Part shown: in pieces, positions 24,156 through 32,731 of the stretch
How positions within the stretch are numbered: the stretch's first letter is position 1
How the letters are laid out: every line of letters starts with the position of its first letter
From: a virus
Lineage: Duplodnaviria > Caudoviricetes
DNA: 43,284 bases
Reading direction: 5' to 3' (one strand)
Virus record (IMG/VR): IMGVR_UViG_3300031965_000064
Coordinates: 1 to 43,284 of that record
Program-made: the position numbers and the translations under genes
Notes under the pieces: generated by a model
Seen by the model: the letters and a program-made list of their open reading frames with translations, nothing else
What the model was told of the DNA's origin: nothing
Database searches by the model: none

Positions 24156-26411
24156 ATGACCATCTCCGTCGTCAATGCCTCGGCCGACCAGACGCTCGAC
24201 CAGACGACCAACACGCTCGTCAACTCGATGACGATCACCCCCGGGGCGGGTGATTATCTGGCTGTGTTCACGGGCTACTTCGAGAATGGGGCGACTGCCA
24301 AGACCTACGAGTTCTCGGTCTTCGTCGGCGGCTCTATCGTTCAGCACACCGAGCGGCGGATCGACATCGAGGGATCAATCGCCGCCGCGTCAGTGTTCAC
24401 CGTGGTCACTGTCGCCGCACAGGTCACGCCGACCGCGGGTCAGGCGGTCGAGGTTCGCTACCGGCGCACGACCGGCACGACCGCTTCGACGATGAAGCGC
24501 CGGACGCTGACGCTCTTCCCGAAGGCGTCCGCGGACTTCCAGCAGGATAACTCCACGGCGGACCAGACGATCAGCTCCGGCACGTACACGCTGCTGACCG
24601 GCGCGGACCTGACACCAGGAGCGGGAACTTACTTGCTGCTCTTCAGCGCGAGTGCGACCAATTCATCGACTGGCGCCACGACGAACAACATCTACTACTC
24701 GGTCTTCGTCAACGGTGTGCAGGTCGCTCACACCGAGCGGATTCTCAACGCCGAGGCCTCCATCAGCGCCAATCTTGGAGCCATGACAGGACTCATCGCC
24801 TGCAAGGTCACTCCCACCGCAGGGCAAGTCGTGGACGTTCGTGCGAAGCGGGATGGCACGACGAACTGGGTCGTGCATGAGCGAACGCTCACGCTTATGA
24901 AGGTCGCCGATGCCGACATCAAGGAGGCGACGCAGACGGCAGACGAGGCCGATACCGGGACGACGGACGAGCTGTTGGTAGGCATGACCATCACTGATCC
25001 TGGAGTGGCCGACTGGCTCGCGATCTTCAGCACCAGTCAGGGCTACGGAACGATCAGCGTGAACCAATCCGCGACGTTCTCGCTCTACAACGCGGGTGTC
25101 GCGGACCTCAACACCCTGCGTGTTCAGTCGCAGGAGTCTTCGATCGACAATGGGAACTACTACGGCTTCACCCACGGCAAGCTGACCGTCGCGGGCGGAA
25201 CGGACGATGTGACGCTGCGCTGGAAGGGCTCCAGCGCAACAAGCCGCACGGCGCACGAGCGCACGTTGGTGATGGTGAAGGAGGCGGGCGGCCAGACGAT
25301 TGCCGTGGGCCAGGTGACCGAAACCGATCTCGCCCAGGCGCTCGCGTGGGCGCCCAAGGCGCGGCTCATCGGGCAGGTGAGCGAGACTGACATCGCGCAG
25401 GCGCTGAGCGCCCGCAAGACGCTCGGTGTTGCGCAGGTTAGCGAGGCCGATCTCGCTCAATCGATCACCGCGCCGCGCATCATCGCTGTCGGGCAAACCG
25501 CGGAGACCGATCTCGCCCAGGCGCTCGCATGGGCGCCGAAGGCGCGGCTCGTTGCGCAGGCGACGGAGACCGACGTCGCGCAGCTGCTGACGACCCGCAA
25601 GACAACGGCGATCGCGCAGGCGCTGGAAACCGACAACGCCCAGGCGCTGAGCTCGAGGAAGAGCGTGACGGTGGCGCAGGCGCTCGAGACGGATCTCTCG
25701 CAGGCGATCGGGCGCGCGAAGGCGAAGGCGATCACGCAAGCCGCGGAGATAGATCTCGCGCAGGCGATGACGAGCGCCAAGGCGAAGGCGATCGGTCAGG
25801 CGCAGGAGACCGACCTCGCGCAGCCGGTCACCGCCGGCGGCGTGCACGTTGTTGCGGTCAACCAGGTGGCGGAGACCGACACGGCGCAGCCGATTGCCTG
25901 GGCGCCGAAAGCGCGGCTCGTCGCCCAGGCAGGCGAGGCCGACGTCGCGCAGGCGGTGAGCTCCGCGAAGACAAAGGGCATCGGCCTGGTGCTCGAGATC
26001 GACACCGCGCAGTCGGTCACGCGGGTCAAGACACGGACGATAGGGCAGGCCGCGGAGAGCGACGTCGCGCAGCTCGTCGCCCATCTGAAGTCGCGCACGG
26101 TCGGCCAGGCGCTTGAGACCGATCTCGCGCAGCTCGTCGCGCATCTCAAGACGCGCGCGGTCGGCCAGGCGCTGGAGACGGACTTCGCGCAGTCCATCAC
26201 GCCCTTCCTCGGCGCCCTGGATCTCATCTTCAACATCGTCGAGCGCATCGCGCTCTTCCAACTCCAGTTGTCCGAGACGGCGCGCATGGCGCTGCTGCGC
26301 GACCACGAAGAGCACTTCGCTGGGGAGCGCGACCATGAAGGGCGATTCGCCGGGACCCGTGATGAGGACGGGCGGTTCACCGTAACCCGTGACGAGGAAG
26401 CGAGGTTCTGA
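24156..26411 (+). CDS. Putative head fibre/spike: three beta-sandwich repeats plus 15 x ~20-aa repeats
   Basis: Three ~125-aa T.GAG.YL..F...HTER units, then 15 Q..E.D.AQ repeats and four RD.E..F repeats. Confidence 0.6.
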   Translation: MTISVVNASADQTLDQTTNTLVNSMTITPGAGDYLAVFTGYFENGATAKTYEFSVFVGGSIVQHTERRIDIEGSIAAASVFTVVTVAAQVTPTAGQAVEVRYRRTTGTTASTMKRRTLTLFPKASADFQQDNSTADQTISSGTYTLLTGADLTPGAGTYLLLFSASATNSSTGATTNNIYYSVFVNGVQVAHTERILNAEASISANLGAMTGLIACKVTPTAGQVVDVRAKRDGTTNWVVHERTLTLMKVADADIKEATQTADEADTGTTDELLVGMTITDPGVADWLAIFSTSQGYGTISVNQSATFSLYNAGVADLNTLRVQSQESSIDNGNYYGFTHGKLTVAGGTDDVTLRWKGSSATSRTAHERTLVMVKEAGGQTIAVGQVTETDLAQALAWAPKARLIGQVSETDIAQALSARKTLGVAQVSEADLAQSITAPRIIAVGQTAETDLAQALAWAPKARLVAQATETDVAQLLTTRKTTAIAQALETDNAQALSSRKSVTVAQALETDLSQAIGRAKAKAITQAAEIDLAQAMTSAKAKAIGQAQETDLAQPVTAGGVHVVAVNQVAETDTAQPIAWAPKARLVAQAGEADVAQAVSSAKTKGIGLVLEIDTAQSVTRVKTRTIGQAAESDVAQLVAHLKSRTVGQALETDLAQLVAHLKTRAVGQALETDFAQSITPFLGALDLIFNIVERIALFQLQLSETARMALLRDHEEHFAGERDHEGRFAGTRDEDGRFTVTRDEEARF

Positions 26412-26722
26412 TGCCCTACAAGCTCTCCCAGGGCGACACCGGGTCGAAGATCCGGGCCACCTGCAAGAACGACAGCGACGGCTCACTCATCGACCTGACC
26501 GGCGCGACGGTGCACCTGCTCTGGCGCGATGGTGCGGGCGCCCTGGTGACGAAGACCATGACCATCGTCGGGGCGCCGACCGCGGGCGTCGCCGAGTACC
26601 TTTTCGCGGCGGCGGAGATCTTCCCGCCACAGATGAGCTTTCGCGTCCGGATCACCGATGCCGGCGGCAAGATCACGCACAACCTCGACGCGCTGGTCGA
26701 ATCCGTGATCTCCGCCCCGTGA
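26411..26722 (+). CDS. BppU-N-like fibre attachment protein
   Basis: QGDTG..I...DG..IDLTGATV...G..EY pattern. Confidence 0.65.
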   Translation: MPYKLSQGDTGSKIRATCKNDSDGSLIDLTGATVHLLWRDGAGALVTKTMTIVGAPTAGVAEYLFAAAEIFPPQMSFRVRITDAGGKITHNLDALVESVISAP

Positions 26723-26723
26723 C

Positions 26724-27614
26724 GTGACCGACGACGAGAAGCTGAGGGCCTTCGAGCGAGCAAGGGTCGCGGTGCTGCGCTCGCGCACCGCGATCCAGCG
26801 CGACACGCGGGCCGAGATCGTGCGGCTGCTCAAGGACGCGCAGGCGACAATCAGCACGGCGCTCGCCGCGCAGCCCTCCGATTACCAGCTCTGGATTCTC
26901 CCGCAGCTGCAGCGCGAGGTCCGGCAGACGCTCGCTGGACTGGGCGATGAGGCCGCCACCGGGATCTCGGGCGCCGCGGACCGCGCGTGGGAGGCGGGCC
27001 AGGCGCTGATCGATGAGCCGCTCGCCGCCGGGGGCATCCGCATCGCGGGACTCGCGCCCGCGATCGACACCCGGCAGCTCTTCGCGATGCGCGCGTTCAT
27101 GACCGAGCGCATCAAGGATATCGCGCTCTCGGCGGCGAACAAGATCAACTCAGAACTCGGGCTCGTCGTCATCGGCGCGCAGGGCACGAGCGAGGCGACC
27201 ACCCACATCACCGAGATCCTCGGCGAGCAATCGCGCGCGCGGGCGACCACGATCGTGCGCACCGAGCTCGGCCGCGCCTTCTCCGTCGCGGCCGACGAGC
27301 GGCTGCAGCAGGCGGGCGAATTCCTGCCGGGGTTGAAGAAGCAGTGGCGGCGCTCGGGCAAGCTCCACTCCCGCCCGCACCATGATGCCGCCGACGGCCA
27401 GGTGCAGCCGCGCGATGAGCCGTTCGTGCTCTATGGCCCGACCGGGCGCGTGGAACTCATGTTCCCGCGCGACCCGGCCGCTCCCGCCGGCGAGACGATC
27501 AACTGCGGGTGTGAGTCGCTCCCGATCATGGACTCGTGGGAGGTGGCGCAGCCCGGCCGGCGGCCGCTCACGGACGAAGAAGTCGCCCGCCGGGCGGTGC
27601 GGCGGTCGGCATGA
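26724..27614 (+). CDS. Minor head / head morphogenesis protein (Mu gpF, SPP1 gp7-like)
   Basis: RATTIVRTE...KKQW...R.HHDAADGQ...LMFPRDP....GETINCGC. Confidence 0.88.
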   Translation: MTDDEKLRAFERARVAVLRSRTAIQRDTRAEIVRLLKDAQATISTALAAQPSDYQLWILPQLQREVRQTLAGLGDEAATGISGAADRAWEAGQALIDEPLAAGGIRIAGLAPAIDTRQLFAMRAFMTERIKDIALSAANKINSELGLVVIGAQGTSEATTHITEILGEQSRARATTIVRTELGRAFSVAADERLQQAGEFLPGLKKQWRRSGKLHSRPHHDAADGQVQPRDEPFVLYGPTGRVELMFPRDPAAPAGETINCGCESLPIMDSWEVAQPGRRPLTDEEVARRAVRRSA

Positions 27615-27661
27615 ATTCATAACACGTGTTGAAAGACTCGCCGCGCCGCGGGCGGCACACT
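27614..27661 (+). promoter_or_regulatory. Late promoter 2 (capsid/tail operon) with putative Mor box
   Basis: Same 26-mer as 15510-15535. -10-like CACACT at identical spacing. Confidence 0.8.
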
Positions 27662-27699
27662 CGCGCGTGCCCAGCTGACAACCTCACCGGAGCCGCGAC

Positions 27700-27963
27700 A
27701 TGGCCAAGAACGAGCCCAAGGACATCGCCCCCGCCGACGCGCTGAAGCTTTTCAGCCGCCAGAACATCACCGTGCAAACCGCCACGCCCGTGAAGGTGAA
27801 GGGCGAGGACGGCAAGGAACGGCCCGGCTACAAGACCAAGGCGGAGCCGCTCGCGGAGGATCACATCCTCGCGGCGCGTGACCGCGGCAACATGGTCGCG
27901 ATCACCACCATCGACGGCCACCGTTACGAAGCGGCGAAGCGGGGCGACAAGCAGGCCGCGTGA
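27700..27963 (+). CDS. Hypothetical head-region protein
   Basis: RBS GGAG. GTGA overlap with the next gene. Confidence 0.7.
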   Translation: MAKNEPKDIAPADALKLFSRQNITVQTATPVKVKGEDGKERPGYKTKAEPLAEDHILAARDRGNMVAITTIDGHRYEAAKRGDKQAA

Positions 27964-30251
27964 GTCTCAAGAAAATCCCTACCGACGGCATCATCGGCGC
28001 CGCCCGCCTGGCGGAGGCCGCGACCGGCGAGTACCGGCAGATCATGGAGCTCACGCAGGCCGCGCTCGTCGCGAAGCTGGGCTTGCAGCCGGAGTATGCC
28101 TGGCAGGTCTGCATCGAGGCGATCTTCGCCGAGCGCGTGATCATCCGCCGCGAAGGCCGCTTCTGGTCCTACGGCTACACCCTCGGCGCCGACAACAAAG
28201 TGACGCTCGCCGACGCGCAGGAAGTGGTCGAGAACTACGTGCCGGTCGCGCTTCGCGAAGCGTTTGCGCAGGCGTGCTTCATCGAAGCCGCAGCCGGTGA
28301 CGGGAGCGCCTGGGATGCGATCCTGGTGCGCGCCGGCAAGTCGAAGAACAAGACGTTCTACCCCGACGCAGTGCTGCGCGAAGCCGCGCCGTTGTATGAG
28401 GGCGCGCACATCTATGCGAAGTCGGATGACGACCATCGCAAGGGCGTCGCGCCCGATGTGAACAAGCTGGTGGGCTGGATCTCGGGCGCCCACTTCGTCG
28501 AGGGAGCCCAGACCGACACCGGCTACCTCGCCGGGCGCGTCAACATCGCCGCCGGCGCGGCCAAGCTGCGCGAGACCATCACCGATGCCTGGAAGCGCGG
28601 CAAGCGCGATCTCGTGGCGCTGTCGCACGACGTCTACGGCACCGCCGAGAAGGCGATGCGCGAAGGCGTGAAGTACGCGCGCTCGATCACCAAGGTCAAT
28701 TCCGTGGATTTAATCGTCGAACCCGGCGCAGGCGGCGGGCTGGTTCGACTCGTCGAGGCCGCCGCCGATCCGGAGAACGACACCATGAAGAAACGCATGC
28801 TCGAAGCGATCAAGCAGAAGCTGCCGGCCAAGCACGCGCAGCTCAACGTCGAGACCGCCACCGACGAGGACATCGAGGCGCTCTATCGCGAGGCGATCGC
28901 TCCCGCGCCGGCGCCCGCACCCGCCGCTCAGGTTCCAGGGGTGACCGCCGAGCAGTTGGCCGAGAGCCTGCGCATGGTCGAAGCGCGCGCCAGCGCCCGC
29001 GTGAAGGTCTACGGCACCAAGCTGCCAAAGCCGGTGCAGGACCGGATCTGGTCGGGCTTCGAGACGCGCGAGAAATTCGTCGAGGCCGACGTGGACGCCG
29101 CGATCAAGGCCGAGAAGGAATACGCCGCGCGGCTGACCGAGTCCGGCCACGTCAGCATGGGCGGACTCGACATCGAGGTCGAGGACCGCTCGAAGAAGAT
29201 CGGCGGCATGCTCGATGCCTTCTTCGATCCGAAGCACAAGGACCACGCGACGGTGCACTCCTTCAAGGAGTGCTACATCGAGGTCACCGGCGACAAGCGC
29301 GTCACCGGCCGCTGGGAGAACGTGGACCGCGCGCGGCTCGCCGAGTCGGTCGGCGCGGCCTTCCTCGAATCGCTCGACTCGAGCTCCTTCGCGAACGTGC
29401 TCGGGGACTCGATCACGCGGCGCATGGTCGCCGACTACCGCGAGAAGGGGCAATACGACGTCTGGCGCCAGGCCTGCGACGTGGTGCCCATCACGGACTT
29501 CCGCACCAATGAGCGCACGCGCTTCGGCGGTTACGGAGACCTCGCGGCCGTCGCCCAGGGCGCGCCCTACGTGGCAATGGCCTCGCCCACCGACGAGAAG
29601 GCGACCTACGCCGTCACCAAGCGCGGCGGCACCGAGGACATCACGCTGGAGATGATCAAGAACGACGACGTCGGCACGATCCGGCGCATCCCGGTGAAGC
29701 TCGCCCGCGCGGCCAAGCGCACGCTCGCCAAGTTCGCGCTCGATTTCGTGCGCACCAACCCGACGCTCTACGACTCGGTCGCCTTCTTCCACGCGACCCA
29801 CGCCAACCTCGGCTCGGCGGCGCTCGATGCAACATCGCTCGCGGCCGCGCGGCTGCGGATGTTGAAGCAGGCCGAGTTGAACTCGGCCGACCGCCTCGGG
29901 ATCGGCCCGCGGAACCTCTGGGTCGCGCCTGACGGGGAGGAAGCCGCGGTCGACCTCTTCCGGCGGAACACCAACAACGACCAGACGTTCGTCAACAGCC
30001 TGACGTTGAACGTGCTGCCGGTGTGGTACTGGACCGATGCCAACGACTGGGCGATCTCGGCGGATGTGATGGACGTCCCCGGCATCGAGATCGGTTTCCT
30101 CGACAACCAGCAGGAGCCGGAGCTCTTCGTGCAGGACAACCCCACGGTCGGCTCGATGTTCACCAACGACAAGGTGACCTACAAGATCCGGCACATCTAC
30201 GGCGGCAACGTGGTCGAGTTCCGCGGTTGGGACAAGTCGGTGGTGGCGTAA
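27960..30251 (+). CDS. Prohead protease-scaffold-major capsid fusion protein
   Basis: Protease-like block (G.SKN..FY...L, LS.D, SVDLIVEPGAGG), helical/PA linker, then HK97-fold capsid (SSSFANVL...ITLEMIKNDD...IPVKLARAA...YKIRHIYGG). Confidence 0.85.
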   Translation: MSLKKIPTDGIIGAARLAEAATGEYRQIMELTQAALVAKLGLQPEYAWQVCIEAIFAERVIIRREGRFWSYGYTLGADNKVTLADAQEVVENYVPVALREAFAQACFIEAAAGDGSAWDAILVRAGKSKNKTFYPDAVLREAAPLYEGAHIYAKSDDDHRKGVAPDVNKLVGWISGAHFVEGAQTDTGYLAGRVNIAAGAAKLRETITDAWKRGKRDLVALSHDVYGTAEKAMREGVKYARSITKVNSVDLIVEPGAGGGLVRLVEAAADPENDTMKKRMLEAIKQKLPAKHAQLNVETATDEDIEALYREAIAPAPAPAPAAQVPGVTAEQLAESLRMVEARASARVKVYGTKLPKPVQDRIWSGFETREKFVEADVDAAIKAEKEYAARLTESGHVSMGGLDIEVEDRSKKIGGMLDAFFDPKHKDHATVHSFKECYIEVTGDKRVTGRWENVDRARLAESVGAAFLESLDSSSFANVLGDSITRRMVADYREKGQYDVWRQACDVVPITDFRTNERTRFGGYGDLAAVAQGAPYVAMASPTDEKATYAVTKRGGTEDITLEMIKNDDVGTIRRIPVKLARAAKRTLAKFALDFVRTNPTLYDSVAFFHATHANLGSAALDATSLAAARLRMLKQAELNSADRLGIGPRNLWVAPDGEEAAVDLFRRNTNNDQTFVNSLTLNVLPVWYWTDANDWAISADVMDVPGIEIGFLDNQQEPELFVQDNPTVGSMFTNDKVTYKIRHIYGGNVVEFRGWDKSVVA

Positions 30252-30256
30252 CTACC

Positions 30257-30283
30257 GTGATTCGTGATTCGTGATTCGTGAAT
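30257..30283 (+). repeat. Heptamer tandem array (GTGATTC)x3 + GTGAAT
   Basis: Lies between the capsid stop and the next RBS. Confidence 0.88.
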
Positions 30284-30291
30284 AGGAGCAC

Positions 30292-30765
30292 ATGATGAAA
30301 CGCTTTTCAGGCACCTTCAAAGCCCTCGTAATCGCCGGCGTCCTTGCCGCGCTGGCGCTGGCGATCGCGCTGCCGGTATCGAAGCCGGCGATCGCCGCGA
30401 CGCCGAACGTCACGCCGGGCGCCGGCCAGGTGGTGACGATCCCGATCCTCATCGCCGGGCAGCGCACCGCGACCCAGACCGCGATCGCGCGCTTCGCGAT
30501 GCCCTTCCCCGCCCACGTGCTCGGCGTCTCCGCCACCGCCCGCGCCTCGGGCGGCACCAGCCCGACGCTCACCATCGATGTCATGGCGGGGGGCGTCACG
30601 CTGCTTTCGGCTCCGGTCGCCGTCACCGCCGGTGCGGTCGCGGAGGCCACGGTGACCACGGCCGCCGTTGCGGACGAGGCCGTCATCACGGTCAATACGG
30701 CGATCACCGGCACGAGCCCCACGTGGGACGACATCATGGTGCTGATCACGGTGGCGCGGAAGTAA
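30292..30765 (+). CDS. Putative head decoration-like protein with N-terminal signal-like segment
   Basis: Follows the capsid gene. Ala/Thr/Val beta-rich. Basic-hydrophobic-AxA N-terminus. Confidence 0.55.
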   Translation: MMKRFSGTFKALVIAGVLAALALAIALPVSKPAIAATPNVTPGAGQVVTIPILIAGQRTATQTAIARFAMPFPAHVLGVSATARASGGTSPTLTIDVMAGGVTLLSAPVAVTAGAVAEATVTTAAVADEAVITVNTAITGTSPTWDDIMVLITVARK

Positions 30766-30786
30766 GGACGATTCCAGAGCGGTCAG

Positions 30787-30816
30787 GGCGGGAGCGGCGG
30801 TCCGCCCCGCCCTTTT
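30787..30816 (+). terminator. Intrinsic terminator after head genes
   Basis: GGCGGG-A-GCGG cggt CCGC-CCCGCC followed by TTTTT. Confidence 0.7.
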
Positions 30817-30828
30817 TATTGATGAACG

Positions 30829-31506
30829 ATGCTCTCCGATCACCAGGCCCTTGTCATAGAGCTCATACGCGACGACGCGGGGAAGATCACGACCGCCGAC
30901 CGCGACCGGGCGATCAACCTCGCGATCGAGCGCTACTCCAAGGACCGCCCGCAGGAGAAGACGCAGGACGTGACGCCCGCGGACGCGAACCATCTGCCGC
31001 TGCCGGCGGCATGGGAGACGGACTTCTCGGAGCTGCGCTCACTCGAATACCCGATCGGGAACGTGCCCGCGAGTGTCATCGGCCAGGAGCGCTACGGGTT
31101 TTACCGCTCGCCGACCGCTCTGCAGATCCAGCTCCTCGACGCCGTGGCCGTGGCCGCGAACAACGTGCGCGCGACCTACACCATCCGCCACGTGGTGTCC
31201 CCCACGGCGGACACCATCCCGGTCGGGGATCGGGAGCCCGTCGCGTGCTGGGCGGCGGCGGTGCTGTGCGAGGAGCTCGCGGCGCTCTACTCGGGCAACA
31301 CCGACTCGACGATCCAGGCCGACAACGTGCAGCAGACGAGCAAGGCGCAGGAATACGCCGCGCGCGCGAAGCAGCTCCGCAAGCGCTACATCGACGAGCT
31401 CGGCATCGACGAGAAGCGTTCGCAGCCCGCCGGGGTCGTGGTGAACCTCGATTTCCCGGACAGCCACGGCCAGGAGCGGCTCACGCACCACAGTCAATTC
31501 CGATGA
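30829..31506 (+). CDS. Head-tail adaptor (putative)
   Basis: Position after the capsid operon. Size. Confidence 0.6.
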   Translation: MLSDHQALVIELIRDDAGKITTADRDRAINLAIERYSKDRPQEKTQDVTPADANHLPLPAAWETDFSELRSLEYPIGNVPASVIGQERYGFYRSPTALQIQLLDAVAVAANNVRATYTIRHVVSPTADTIPVGDREPVACWAAAVLCEELAALYSGNTDSTIQADNVQQTSKAQEYAARAKQLRKRYIDELGIDEKRSQPAGVVVNLDFPDSHGQERLTHHSQFR

Positions 31507-32012
31507 TGGTCAAGATCGACCTCGAGGGTTTCGCAGAGCTCGACGCCGCCTGGGCGAAGGCGCCGGACATCGTGCGCGAGGAGATGACCGCCGCGATATC
31601 GGAGGCGGATCTCCTGCTCGAGCGCGAAGTGAAAGAGAAGACGCCCGTCGGCGTGGGCGGCGCGGGCGGGCTGCGCGGCAGCATCGCGGCGCAAGACCCG
31701 GAGGTGAGCTCAGACGTCGTGCTGGGGGTCGTCGGCACGGCGATGGCGCACGCGGTGCCGGTCGAGATCGGGACCAAGCCGCATTTTCCCCCGGTGCAGC
31801 CGCTCGAGGATTGGGTGATCGCGAAGCTCGGCGTGCCGGAGAAGGACGCGCACGGCGTGGCGTTCCTCGTCGCACGCAAGATCGCCGCGCGCGGGACCCT
31901 CGCGGTCGGCATGTTCCACCGCGCCTTCAACGAGCAGCGCCCGAAGGTCGAGGCGATATTCGCCGGCGCGCGCCAGCGTATCGCCGAGCGCCTCACCGCG
32001 AGCGGCGCATGA
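31503..32012 (+). CDS. HK97 gp10-like tail completion/neck protein
   Basis: VKEKTPVG...LRGSI...VG....A..VE.GT.PH.PP...L..W...IA.RGT. Confidence 0.8.
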   Translation: MMVKIDLEGFAELDAAWAKAPDIVREEMTAAISEADLLLEREVKEKTPVGVGGAGGLRGSIAAQDPEVSSDVVLGVVGTAMAHAVPVEIGTKPHFPPVQPLEDWVIAKLGVPEKDAHGVAFLVARKIAARGTLAVGMFHRAFNEQRPKVEAIFAGARQRIAERLTASGA

Positions 32013-32015
32013 TCC

Positions 32016-32492
32016 ATGCCCACGCTCGCAGATATCCGGGAAGCGATCCGCGTCCGGGTTGCCGCCATCTCGAACATCGGCAAGGTCAACGACTACGAGC
32101 GCTACACCACGCAGATGAGCGAGCTGAAGACGCTCTACGTCGCCACCATCGCCGGCGCGGACCAGTTGCGCGGCTGGCACATCCGGCGCACGAGCAGGGT
32201 CGAGACCTATATCGATCTCGAGCGCTGGGTGGTGGTGAACAACTGGCAGATCCGCGGCTTCATGGCCTTGGACGATTCCGCGGGAAGCGAGAAGACCTTC
32301 GACAACCTGGTCGAGGCGGTGTGCGATGCGTTCGACACCACCCCCACGCTGATCGCCGACCCCAACTACGCGGAAGTGATCCTCGACGAGGCGCGCGGCG
32401 GCGTGCAGGTGCCCGAGTCCGGCCCGGTGATGTTTGCCGGCGTGCTGTGCCATGCGGCGCGGCTCACGCTCGCGACGCGGCATTACAAGTAG
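32016..32492 (+). CDS. Tail terminator-like protein
   Basis: Position. V.DYERY...GW.I...PVMFAGVLCH.A.L.L. Confidence 0.65.
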   Translation: MPTLADIREAIRVRVAAISNIGKVNDYERYTTQMSELKTLYVATIAGADQLRGWHIRRTSRVETYIDLERWVVVNNWQIRGFMALDDSAGSEKTFDNLVEAVCDAFDTTPTLIADPNYAEVILDEARGGVQVPESGPVMFAGVLCHAARLTLATRHYK

Positions 32493-32502
32493 GAGCGCAA
32501 CG

Positions 32503-32712
32503 ATGAAAGACGAATTCGCTGGCCAGGGCGGCAGTTATGTTTTCAAGGACGGCAAGCGCGTGCAGGTCGAAGCGCCGACGAAGGACCACCCCGAGGGCAA
32601 CCGCCCGCGCGATGCGGACGGGCGGCCGCTCGATGCCGCGCCCGAGCAGCCCGCGCCAGCGCCGGAGCGCCCGCGCGGCGGCCCGCGCAAGCTCACCTCG
32701 CTCGACACGTGA
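32503..32712 (+). CDS. Small protein preceding tail tube
   Basis: RBS AGGAG. GQGGSY...GKR. Confidence 0.65.
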   Translation: MKDEFAGQGGSYVFKDGKRVQVEAPTKDHPEGNRPRDADGRPLDAAPEQPAPAPERPRGGPRKLTSLDT

Positions 32713-32731
32713 ACGATAACGGAGACGCGAC

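Noticed and set aside
24663-26486. 607-aa minus-strand ORF and many other long antisense or alternate-frame ORFs (e.g. 28710-30194, 7537-8637, 34516-35628)
   Set aside because: Shadow frames of high-GC coding genes: Arg/Ala-rich, no motifs, and they fully overlap well-supported genes.
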